Assembly (NCBI GenBank): GCA_963828735.1
Contig: CAWHFW010000005.1
Coordinates: 1,696,001 to 1,760,000 of the forward strand
Direction of reading: 5' to 3'
Length of the DNA stretch: 64,000 nt
From: an uncultured Gemmatimonadales bacterium
GTDB lineage: Bacteria; Gemmatimonadota; Gemmatimonadetes; Gemmatimonadales; GWC2-71-9
The number at the start of each line of letters is the position of its first letter. Within the stretch, counting starts at the first letter, position 1. The notes under the pieces were generated by a model that worked only from the letters and a program-made list of their open reading frames with translations, made no database searches and had not been told where the DNA came from. Both the position numbers and the translations under genes were made by a program. Shown one piece after another: positions 45,352-54,078 of the stretch.

Positions 45352-47388
45352 ATGTCGCGCCGCACCTTTCGCATTCCCGGTTCGCTCGCGCTGCTTGCCG
45401 GCAGCGCCATCCTCGCCACAGGCTGCGGCTCGGCGAATGCCACGCGGCTCGGCGAGGCGAGCGACGCTGCCCAGCGGGTCTACGTCGCCCCTGGCAAATA
45501 CGACGAGTTCTACGCCTTCATGTCTGGCGGGTTCGACGGCCAGGTCGGGGTGTACGGCCTGCCGTCCGGCCGGCTCCTCAAGCACGTGCCGGTCTTCTCG
45601 CAGAGCACGGAGAACGGTTGGGGCTACAGCGAGCAGACGAAGCCCATGCTGATGACCAGCTACGGCTTCGTGCCGTGGGACGACGCCCACCATCCGCAGC
45701 TCAGCCAGACCGACGGCGTACCCGACGGCCGCTGGTTGTTCATCAACGGCAACAACACGCCGCGCATCGCCCGGCTCGAGCTCACGAAGTTCGAGACCGA
45801 GGAGATCCTCGAGATTCCCAACAGCGCCGGCAACCACAGCTCGCCGTTCGTCACCGAGAACAACGAGTACGTCGTCGCGGGTACCCGGTTCAGCGTGCCG
45901 GCGCCGCAGCGGGACGTGTCGATCGACGAGTACAAGGAGGCCTTCGCGGGCACGCTCACCTTCGCTCGGGTCGACAGCGCGACCGGCCACATGACGATCG
46001 CGTTCCAGATCCGGCTGCCGGCGTTCGACTACGATCTCTCGCACGCGGGCAAGGGGCCGTCGCACGGCTGGTCCTTCTTCACCAGCTACAACAGCGAGGA
46101 AGGGAACACCAAGCTCGAGGTGAACGCCTCCCAGAAGGACAAGGACTACATCGCGGCGATCAACTGGAAGCAGGCCGAGCAATGCGTCGCGCAGGGCAAG
46201 GCCACGACCGAGCCGGCCCGCTATGCCCACAACGTGATGGGTGGGGACGGGATCGCGCGGACCGAGTGGGGCACCAGCGTCAAGGTGCTGACGCCCGCCG
46301 CGTGCCCGGGACTCGCCTACTTCCTGCCGACGCCCAAGAGCCCGCACGGCGTGGACGTGGATCCGACCGGCGAGTACATCGTGGCGGGCGGCAAGCTCGC
46401 GACGGTGATCCCCGTGCACAGCTTCTCGAAGATGCAGAAGGCGATCGCTGACCGGGCGTTCGCGGGCGAGGACCACGGCATCCCGGTGCTCAAGTACGAG
46501 GCCACGGTGGCGGGCGAAGTGCAGAACCCCGGGCTGGGCCCGCTCCACACCGAGTTCGACGGGAAGGGCAACGCCTACACCTCGATGTTCCTGAGCTCCG
46601 AGATCGTGAAGTGGAGCCTCAAGACGTTCAAGGTGCTCGACCGCGCACCGACCTACTACTCGATCGGCCACCTGATGATCCCGGGCGGCGACAGCCGGAA
46701 GCCATGGGGCAAGTACGTCCTCGCCCTCAACAAGATCACCAAGGACCGCTACCTGCCGACCGGCCCGGAGCTGGCGCAGTCGGCGCAGCTCTACGACATC
46801 AGCGGCGACCGGATGAAGCTGCTGTCCGACTTCCCGACCATCGGCGAGCCGCACTACGCCCAGGCGCTGCCGGCGGCGATGATCAAGGACCGCCAGCTCA
46901 AGATGTATTCGCTCAAGGAGAACCAGGACCCGTGGGCGGCCAAGAACGAAAAGGTGACGCGGGTGGAGCGGAAGGGCAGCGTCGTGCACGTGGTGATGAC
47001 CTCGGTCCGCAGCCACTTCATGCCCGACAAGATCGAGGGAATCCAGGTGGGCGACTCGGTCTACTTCCACCTCACCAACCTCGAGCAGGACTGGGACGTG
47101 CCCCACGGCTTCGCGGTGCTGGGCAACAACAACTCCGAGCTGCTGATGATGCCGGGCCAGACGCGCACGTTGGCGTGGGTGCCGAGCCGGCCCGGGATCT
47201 ATCCCTTCTACTGCACCGACTTCTGCTCGGCGCTGCACCAGGAGATGCAAGGCTACATCCGGGTGTCCCCGAAGGGCGCGAAGGTCGCGGTCAAGTGGAA
47301 CAGTCCGAGCTACCACGAGGCCGAGGGTGAGCACGAGGAGCACGAAGTCGCTCGGGCAGGACGAGACCATGAACGCGACAGCAATTGA
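45352..47388 (+). CDS. nosZ: Nitrous-oxide reductase, clade II (Sec/lipoprotein type)
   Basis: CuZ ligands DAHH, GNH, PHG, GPLH, IGH, EPH. CuA HGF...CTDFCSALHQEM. YVAPG.YDEFYAF.SGGF N-terminus and LATGC lipobox. Confidence 0.97.
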   Translation: MSRRTFRIPGSLALLAGSAILATGCGSANATRLGEASDAAQRVYVAPGKYDEFYAFMSGGFDGQVGVYGLPSGRLLKHVPVFSQSTENGWGYSEQTKPMLMTSYGFVPWDDAHHPQLSQTDGVPDGRWLFINGNNTPRIARLELTKFETEEILEIPNSAGNHSSPFVTENNEYVVAGTRFSVPAPQRDVSIDEYKEAFAGTLTFARVDSATGHMTIAFQIRLPAFDYDLSHAGKGPSHGWSFFTSYNSEEGNTKLEVNASQKDKDYIAAINWKQAEQCVAQGKATTEPARYAHNVMGGDGIARTEWGTSVKVLTPAACPGLAYFLPTPKSPHGVDVDPTGEYIVAGGKLATVIPVHSFSKMQKAIADRAFAGEDHGIPVLKYEATVAGEVQNPGLGPLHTEFDGKGNAYTSMFLSSEIVKWSLKTFKVLDRAPTYYSIGHLMIPGGDSRKPWGKYVLALNKITKDRYLPTGPELAQSAQLYDISGDRMKLLSDFPTIGEPHYAQALPAAMIKDRQLKMYSLKENQDPWAAKNEKVTRVERKGSVVHVVMTSVRSHFMPDKIEGIQVGDSVYFHLTNLEQDWDVPHGFAVLGNNNSELLMMPGQTRTLAWVPSRPGIYPFYCTDFCSALHQEMQGYIRVSPKGAKVAVKWNSPSYHEAEGEHEEHEVARAGRDHERDSN

Positions 47389-48025
47389 CGTGAAGCCGGG
47401 CGGGCTCAGCGCCCGCCCGGCGGCCCCGCCGGCTCAGGCGCGCGGCATGCGGCGTCTGTCGCAGGGGGTCGTCGCCGTGGCGTCGCTGATGCTCCTCGCG
47501 GTCTACGTGGCGCCGCTCTGGGTCATCCGCCTGGTGGCGCCGCAGTACCCGGAGGGCCTCGGACTGCTGATCTGGGTGAACCGGATCACGGGGCTTGGCC
47601 CGAACGACCTCAACAGCATCAATGGGCTCAACCACTACATCGGGATGCGCCCGATCGACCCGGCCTCGATTCCCGAGCTGCGGCTCATGCCCGGCCTCGT
47701 CGCGGCCGCGATCGTCGCGGGGCTGCTGGTCGCGCTGATCGGCCGGCGGCCGCTGCTCTACGTCTGGGCGGTGCTGTTCACGATCGGAGCCGCGCTCGGG
47801 CTCGGCGACTTCTGGCACTGGGGCTACGAGTACGGCCATCAGCTCGACCCGCATGCCGCGATCAAGGTGCCCGGGATGAGCTACCAGCCGCCGGTCATCG
47901 GCAGCAAGGTACTGCTCAACTTCCACGCGACCTCGTGGCCCGGCCTCGGCGGGTGGATGGCCATCCTGTCACTCGGGTGCGTCGCCACCGTCGCGGTGCT
48001 CGAGTGGCGGAGACGCCATGGGTAG
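47369..48025 (+). CDS. nosB: NosB-like membrane protein
   Basis: PLW.I.L.APQYPEGL, INGLNHYIGM, WGYEYGHQLDP.A.I..PGMSYQPP..G.K.LLNF. Typical clade II position. Confidence 0.85.
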   Translation: MNATAIDVKPGGLSARPAAPPAQARGMRRLSQGVVAVASLMLLAVYVAPLWVIRLVAPQYPEGLGLLIWVNRITGLGPNDLNSINGLNHYIGMRPIDPASIPELRLMPGLVAAAIVAGLLVALIGRRPLLYVWAVLFTIGAALGLGDFWHWGYEYGHQLDPHAAIKVPGMSYQPPVIGSKVLLNFHATSWPGLGGWMAILSLGCVATVAVLEWRRRHG

Positions 48026-49250
48026 CGCGGTGCTGGCGGTGCTGCTGGCCGTCGCTGGGCCGCCGAGCCGGCGCATCGTGGTGGCCCAGGCCGGACCGGT
48101 CCCCACGATCGCCGCGGCCCTGGCCCGCGCGCACGCGGGCGACACCATCGTCGTGACGGCCGGCGTGTACCGGGAGCCCCGGCTCGAGGTGACGGTGCCG
48201 GTGACGATCCTCGGCCAGGGCAATGCCGTCCTCGACGGCGGAGGCGACCACGAGGTCCTGACCGTCCGCGCCGACGACGTCACCGTTCGCGGACTCACCA
48301 TCCGCAATGTCGGCGTGAGCTACGTCGAGGATCGCGCCGGGATCCGGCTCGACCGGGCGCGTCGCTGCACGATCGCCGACAACCTGCTGCTGGACACCTT
48401 CTTCGGCATCTACGCCGCGCGGGCGGAAGGCTGCGTGATCTCGGGGAACAGGATCCAGGGCCGGGCGCGGCAGCAAACCGCCGCGGGCAACGGGATTCAC
48501 CTGTTCTCCTCGGCCGGCTTCACCGTCTCGCGCAACCTGATCGCGGGGCATCGCGACGGCATCTACCTCGAGTTCTCCCGGCGGGCCACGATCGCGGGCA
48601 ATGAGAGCCGCGGCAACCTGCGCTACGGGCTCCATTTCATGTACTCGGACAGCTGTACGTACCAGGGGAACGCGTTCGTGGGCAACACGGCGGGCGTCGC
48701 GGTGATGTACAGCAGGAGCGTGACGATGACGCGAAACCGGTTCGAGGACAACCGGGGGGCGGCCGCCTATGGGCTCCTGCTCAAGGAGATCAAGGACAGC
48801 CGCATCGAGGACAACGTCCTGGCCCGGAACACCGTCGGGCTGTTCGCCGAGGGCGTGGACCGAACCTCGGTCGAGCGCAACCAGTTCCTGGACAACGGCT
48901 GGGCGATCCGCCTCATGGCCGACGCCACCGAGAACGCCTTCGTCCACAACCGGTTCGAGGGGAACACCTTCGACGTCACGACCAACAGCCAGGCGAGCAG
49001 CCCGAGCACCTTCGCCGAGAACTACTGGGACTCGTACGCCGGCTACGACCTCGACCGCGACGGCATCGGCGACGTGCCTCATCGTCCGGTGCGCCTGTTC
49101 GCGGTGCTCGCCGAGCAGAACAAGCCGCTCCTGATCCTGCTGCACAGCTTCCTGTTCGACCTGCTGGATGCCGCCGAGCGGGTGATTCCCCTCATCACGC
49201 CGGAGACGCTGGCGGACGCCCGGCCCCTCATGCGGTGGGACGACCGATGA
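48018..49250 (+). CDS. nosD: Nitrous oxide reductase maturation protein
   Basis: GNGIHL, RDGIYLEF, LRYGLHFMYS, GVAVMYS, NYWD.Y.GYDLDRDGIGDVP. Confidence 0.95.
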   Translation: MGSAVLAVLLAVAGPPSRRIVVAQAGPVPTIAAALARAHAGDTIVVTAGVYREPRLEVTVPVTILGQGNAVLDGGGDHEVLTVRADDVTVRGLTIRNVGVSYVEDRAGIRLDRARRCTIADNLLLDTFFGIYAARAEGCVISGNRIQGRARQQTAAGNGIHLFSSAGFTVSRNLIAGHRDGIYLEFSRRATIAGNESRGNLRYGLHFMYSDSCTYQGNAFVGNTAGVAVMYSRSVTMTRNRFEDNRGAAAYGLLLKEIKDSRIEDNVLARNTVGLFAEGVDRTSVERNQFLDNGWAIRLMADATENAFVHNRFEGNTFDVTTNSQASSPSTFAENYWDSYAGYDLDRDGIGDVPHRPVRLFAVLAEQNKPLLILLHSFLFDLLDAAERVIPLITPETLADARPLMRWDDR

Positions 49251-50002
49251 CCGAGCTCGCCCTGGTAACACCGCTCACCCGGCCCCGCACGGCGGTGTCG
49301 GCCTCGGGTGTCAGCAAGCGCTTCGGCCGCGTGACCGCGCTGAGAGACGTGGACCTTGCGGTGCGGGCAGGACGAGTGACTGCCCTGCTGGGACCCAACG
49401 GAGCGGGGAAGTCCACCTTCATCAAGCTGCTGCTCGGCCTGATCAGGGCGGACGCCGGATCGCTGGCCGTGGATGGCGTCGCGGTCGGCAGCGATCCGGG
49501 CTATCGGCAGACGATCGGCTACATGCCGCAGCATCCTCGCTTCCCGGAGAACCTCACGGGCCGGGAGGTCGTGCGCCTGCTTCGAGACCTGCGCGGGGAC
49601 GCGGTCCCCGAGGACGACGAGCTCTTCGAGGAGTTCGGGCTCGCGGCCGAGCTCGACAAGCCGGTGCGGACGCTCTCGGGGGGAACGCGTCAGAAGCTGA
49701 ACGCCGCGGTCGCGTTCATGTTCCGGCCCACCCTGCTGGTGCTGGACGAGCCCACGGCGGGCCTCGACCCCGTGGCCAGCGCTCGCCTCAAGGCCAAGAT
49801 TCTCCGGGTCCGGCAGGCCGGCGCCTCGGTGCTCGTGGTGTCCCACCTGTTGAGCGAGCTGGACGACCTGGCCGACGACGTCGTGTACCTGGTGGATGGC
49901 ACGGTGGAGTTCGCGGGCCCGTTGCGGCAGCTCCGGGAGGCGACCGGGGAGAGCCGCCTGGAGCGGGCAGTCGTTCGCCTGATGGAGCGGAGGGCATCAT
50001 GA
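49247..50002 (+). CDS. nosF: ABC transporter ATP-binding protein
   Basis: GPNGAGKST, LSGGTRQK, LDEPTAGLDP, position in the nos operon. Confidence 0.9.
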   Translation: MTELALVTPLTRPRTAVSASGVSKRFGRVTALRDVDLAVRAGRVTALLGPNGAGKSTFIKLLLGLIRADAGSLAVDGVAVGSDPGYRQTIGYMPQHPRFPENLTGREVVRLLRDLRGDAVPEDDELFEEFGLAAELDKPVRTLSGGTRQKLNAAVAFMFRPTLLVLDEPTAGLDPVASARLKAKILRVRQAGASVLVVSHLLSELDDLADDVVYLVDGTVEFAGPLRQLREATGESRLERAVVRLMERRAS

Positions 50003-50778
50003 CGGCCACCAAGGTCCTGCGGTTCGAGCTCCGCGACCTGGCGCGGAGTCGCTGGGTCGGCGGGTATGCGCTCTTCCTCCTGCTGCTGACGACTCTGCTC
50101 CTCCGCTTCGGCGGCGGCGGGCCGCGCGCCGTGCTGAGCCTGATGAACGTCGTCCTGACGGTCGTTCCGCTGGCGAGCCTCGTGTTCGGTACCATGTACC
50201 TGTACGGCTCCCGCGATTTCATCGAGCTGCTGCTGGCACAGCCGGTGAGCCGCCCCGCGCTGTTCGCGGGTCTGTATGCCGGGCTGGTCGTGCCGCTCGC
50301 CTGCGGATTCCTGCTCGGTGTCGGGTTGCCGTTCCTCTGGTACGGGACGACGCTCGCGGGTCCGGTGGCGGCGCTGCTCGGCACGGGGACGCTGCTGACG
50401 CTGGTGTTCACCGCGGTCGCGATGCTGGTTTCGCTGACCGTGGATGACCGGGCGAAGGGGCTCGGCGCAGCGATCCTCCTCTGGCTCGGAGCGACCGCGC
50501 TGTACGACGCGCTCCTCGTGCTCGTCGCCTCGACCCTCTCCGATCATCCGCTCGAGCTGCCACTGCTCGGCCTCACCCTGCTCAACCCCGTAGACCTTGG
50601 CCGGGTGCTGTTGCTGCTCCGGCTGGATACGGCGGCGCTGATGGGCTACACGGGCGCCGTCTTCGAGCGATTCTTCGGGAGCGCACAGGGGGTCGTCGTC
50701 ACGGTGGTCGCGCTCGCATTCTGGTGCGCGGGCCCTCTGGCCCTGGCCCGGCGGCGGTTCGAGCGAAAGGATTTTTGA
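49999..50778 (+). CDS. nosY: ABC transporter permease
   Basis: ELLLAQPVSR, LLNPVDLGR, ALMGYTGA.F, position in the nos operon. Confidence 0.9.
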   Translation: MTATKVLRFELRDLARSRWVGGYALFLLLLTTLLLRFGGGGPRAVLSLMNVVLTVVPLASLVFGTMYLYGSRDFIELLLAQPVSRPALFAGLYAGLVVPLACGFLLGVGLPFLWYGTTLAGPVAALLGTGTLLTLVFTAVAMLVSLTVDDRAKGLGAAILLWLGATALYDALLVLVASTLSDHPLELPLLGLTLLNPVDLGRVLLLLRLDTAALMGYTGAVFERFFGSAQGVVVTVVALAFWCAGPLALARRRFERKDF

Positions 50779-50855
50779 CACCAACCGCACTACCTCGCCG
50801 TTACGGCGTGTGTTATTCTTGACTTCACAGGTCAAAATACACATTCCGTCTGCCT

Positions 50856-50889
50856 AGTAAGCTGGCAGGTACCAGTAAGCTGGCAGGTA
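50856..50889. repeat. 16-bp direct repeat, two copies with 18-bp period
   Basis: AGTAAGCTGGCAGGTA at 50856-50871 and 50874-50889. Confidence 0.85.
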
Positions 50890-50937
50890 ACTGGACGAGG
50901 CTCTACGCGACATTTCCTGCGTGGCAACGCCGTCATT

Positions 50938-53900
50938 GTGGTGCTTGGTGCCGTCGCATATTTAGTCGCCGGTAGGGTTGGCCTCCTCCTCTCCTTCGGC
51001 GCTCAGAACGTCTCCTCGCTGTGGCCGGCCGCTGGCGTCGCGCTCGCCCTCCTCTGGCGGTTCGGGCTCCGCTCCTGGCCGGGCGTGTTCCTCGGGGTCA
51101 TTGCCGCCTGCATCGGTTCGCGGTACCCGTTCAATGCCGCGATCCTGTTCGCCGTCGGCAACACCCTGGCAGCGGTCGCCGGCGTCCTGATGCTCCGGCG
51201 CGTGCCCGGTTTTCATCCGGGACTCGAGCGCCTGAGCGACGTAGTCCGGCTCACGGTGGTGAGCATCCTCGCCCCGACGGTGAGCGCCACGTTCGGCGTG
51301 CTCAGTCTCGCCGCAACCCACGCCTACCCGCTGACCCCGCCGATCGATCAGTGGCTCACCTACTGGTCGGGCGACGCGCTCGGCACCCTGCTCGTGGCCC
51401 CGCTCCTTTTCGTCTGGCTTGCCGGCCCGTACCGCCGGCCGAGCTGGCGCGTGGGCGCCGAGGCGACCATTCTGGCCGCGCTGCTGCTCACCCTGACGTA
51501 CGCGGTGTACTTCCGCACGCTGCCGCGACCGAGCCTGCTCTATCCGGTCGTCATCTGGGCGGCACTCCGGTTCGACCTGCGGGGCGCGACGCTCGCCGCG
51601 ACTGTCGTCGCGATCGGAGCCGTCTGGGCCTCCGCCACGGGCTTCGGTCCGCTCGTGCACGACGTCCCGGCCGAGACCGCGCACTCGCTCCAGATCGTCG
51701 TGGCTGTCACCGTGGGGATGGCCCTCGTCATCGGATCGGTCACCGCCGAGCGGCGCCGGGCGCTGGAGGCCTGGCGGACCGCGAGCGAAAGCCTGCGGGC
51801 GGTGTTCGATGCCGCGCCGCTGGCGATCGTCGCGACCGACGAGCAGGGACTCGTGAGCCGCTGGAACGCGGGTGCCGAGCAGTTGTTCGGATGGCGACGG
51901 GACGAGGTGATAGGGCGGCACCTGCCGACGATTCCCGACGACCGCCGCGAGGAGTTCGACAGGCTGTTGGCGCGGCAGGCCCGGGGGGAGTCCATCGTCG
52001 GGCTCGAGACCGTGCGGCGCCATCGGAGTGGCCGGCAGGTCCACGTGAACCTCTCTCTCGCGGGACTCCGCGGCCCGGAGGGCCGCATGGTCGGCAGCAT
52101 CGCGCTGATCGAAGACATCAGCGCCCGGCGCCAACAGCGGGACAAGCTGCGCGAGAGTGAGGCTCGCCTCCACACCGCGCTCGAGAGCCTGCCGTTCGAC
52201 TTCTGGATCTGCGACCAGGATGGGCGCTACGTGCTCCAGAACCCCGCGTCGGTTCGCCGTTGGGGGCGGCGCATCGGCTCGACCGCGGCAGATGCCGAGG
52301 TGTCACCCGAGATCCGCGCGCTCTGGACCGAGCGGAACCGGCGCGCCTTCGCGGGCGAGGTGGTGCAGGGAGAAGTCGAGTACGCCCTGCCCGAGGGCCA
52401 CCGCCACTTCCATGACATCATCGCGCCGGTCTACGACGGGGGCGAGGTGCGGGGCATCCTCGGCTGCAACATAGACATCACCGAGCGGAAACGGGCCGAG
52501 GCGGCGCTGGCGCAGCAGAAGGAGATCCTGCAGACCATCTTCGACCACGTCCCCGTGATGATCGCGTTCATCGACGCCGACGGCCGATTCCAGTGGGTGA
52601 ATCGGGCCTGGCGCGAGCAGCTCGGCTGGTCGATCGACGAGATGCAGGGCCGGGACATGATGGCCGAGTTCTACCCGAACCCCCGCGAGCGGAAGCAGGC
52701 GGTGGCGTTCGCCCTCTCGGCCGACTCCCAGTGGACGGACTTCCGGACCCGGACGCGAAGCGGCGAGGTGGTGGACGCCTCGTGGGCCGCCGTCCGATTG
52801 TCGGATGGGACCACGATTCAGATCGGCCAGGACGTGGGAGAGCGCCGTGAGACCGAACGCGCGCTCCGGCTGAGCGAGGCCCAGCTCCGCCAGGCACAGA
52901 AGATGGAGGCCATCGGCCGGCTCGCCGGCGGCGTCGCCCACGATTTCAACAACCTGCTGACCAGCATCCTGGGGTACACCGGCCTCATGTTGGACGACCT
53001 CCCCGCGGGTCACGCACTGCGCAACGATCTCGGCGAGGTCCATCATGCCGCCGAGCGCGCCGCGGACCTCACCAGCCAGTTGCTCGCGTTCAGCCGGAAG
53101 CAGGTGATCGAGCCGAAGATCCTGGACCCGAACGCCGTCATCGGGCGCATCACCGCCATGCTACGGCGCCTCATCGGCGAGCACATCGAGCTCACGACGG
53201 TGCTCGAGCCAACCCTCGGCCGCGTCCTGGCCGATCGGGGCCAGATCGAGCAGGTGATCGTGAACCTCGTCGTCAACGCGCGGGACGCCATGCCTGACGG
53301 CGGCCACCTTCGCATCGAGACCACCAACGTCGTGCTCGACGACGAGTTCAAGCGTCGGCACGTCGGGGCCGTGGCGGGACCCCACGTGATGCTGGCGGTC
53401 AGCGACGAGGGCGTCGGGATCGATCCCGAGATTCAGCCGCACATCTTCGAGCCGTTCTTCACCACCAAGGACAAGGCGAAGGGCACAGGCCTCGGCCTCG
53501 CGACGGTCTACGGGATCGTGAAGCAGAGCGGAGGCTACATCGCGGTGGACAGCGCGTCCGGGCGCGGGACGACGATGCGGGTGTACCTGCCGCTCGCCAT
53601 GGTCATGCCGCTCCCGGTCGTCTCGCTGGCCGAGGAGCGGAGCAGCGGAGGCAGCGAGACGATCCTGCTGGTCGAAGACGAGGCCTCGGTGCGCGGGCTC
53701 ACGCGGCGGCTCCTGGCGAACGCGGGATATACCGTTCTGGCGGCGGGCGACGCGGATGAGGCGCTCCGGATCTCGGGGGAATACGAGGGCTCCGTGGAGC
53801 TGCTGCTCACCGACGTCATCATGAGCGGACTCAGCGGTCCACGCCTGGCGGAGACGCTGCTCGGGCTCCGGCCGGAGCTGGCCGTGCTCTACATGTCGGG

Positions 53901-54057
53901 GTACAACGAGGATACCATCGTCCGGCAGGGGGTGTTACGGCAGGGCGTCGCGTATCTCCAGAAGCCTTTCACACCAGGCGCTCTGGCGCAGCGGGTGCGC
54001 GAAGTGCTGGATGCGCGGCTCGTGGACCAGGGGAGCGAGGACCTGGCGGCCGGGTAG
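50938..54057 (+). CDS. Hybrid histidine kinase: MASE1, three PAS, HisKA, HATPase, receiver
   Basis: WPAAG and W.GD MASE1 motifs, PAS repeats, QKMEAIGRLAGGVAHDFNNLL, NLVVNARDAM, GTGLGL, LLTDVIM. Confidence 0.92.
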   Translation: MVLGAVAYLVAGRVGLLLSFGAQNVSSLWPAAGVALALLWRFGLRSWPGVFLGVIAACIGSRYPFNAAILFAVGNTLAAVAGVLMLRRVPGFHPGLERLSDVVRLTVVSILAPTVSATFGVLSLAATHAYPLTPPIDQWLTYWSGDALGTLLVAPLLFVWLAGPYRRPSWRVGAEATILAALLLTLTYAVYFRTLPRPSLLYPVVIWAALRFDLRGATLAATVVAIGAVWASATGFGPLVHDVPAETAHSLQIVVAVTVGMALVIGSVTAERRRALEAWRTASESLRAVFDAAPLAIVATDEQGLVSRWNAGAEQLFGWRRDEVIGRHLPTIPDDRREEFDRLLARQARGESIVGLETVRRHRSGRQVHVNLSLAGLRGPEGRMVGSIALIEDISARRQQRDKLRESEARLHTALESLPFDFWICDQDGRYVLQNPASVRRWGRRIGSTAADAEVSPEIRALWTERNRRAFAGEVVQGEVEYALPEGHRHFHDIIAPVYDGGEVRGILGCNIDITERKRAEAALAQQKEILQTIFDHVPVMIAFIDADGRFQWVNRAWREQLGWSIDEMQGRDMMAEFYPNPRERKQAVAFALSADSQWTDFRTRTRSGEVVDASWAAVRLSDGTTIQIGQDVGERRETERALRLSEAQLRQAQKMEAIGRLAGGVAHDFNNLLTSILGYTGLMLDDLPAGHALRNDLGEVHHAAERAADLTSQLLAFSRKQVIEPKILDPNAVIGRITAMLRRLIGEHIELTTVLEPTLGRVLADRGQIEQVIVNLVVNARDAMPDGGHLRIETTNVVLDDEFKRRHVGAVAGPHVMLAVSDEGVGIDPEIQPHIFEPFFTTKDKAKGTGLGLATVYGIVKQSGGYIAVDSASGRGTTMRVYLPLAMVMPLPVVSLAEERSSGGSETILLVEDEASVRGLTRRLLANAGYTVLAAGDADEALRISGEYEGSVELLLTDVIMSGLSGPRLAETLLGLRPELAVLYMSGYNEDTIVRQGVLRQGVAYLQKPFTPGALAQRVREVLDARLVDQGSEDLAAG

Positions 54058-54078
54058 AGTGGGGCGCCGAACGCGGTC

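Noticed and set aside
45352..45430. Tat signal on NosZ (SRRTF)
   Set aside because: It resembles a twin-arginine motif, but the signal is short, ends in a lipobox, and the sequence and gene context are clade II; Tat export is not supported, though not excluded.
45247..47370. 707-aa minus-strand ORF
   Set aside because: Antisense shadow of nosZ.
50819..50835. FNR/DNR box
   Set aside because: TTGAC-N7-GTCAA spacing does not fit TTGAT-N4-ATCAA, and it lies downstream of the nos operon.
50856..50889. CRISPR array
   Set aside because: Only two 16-bp copies with a 2-bp spacer and no cas genes.
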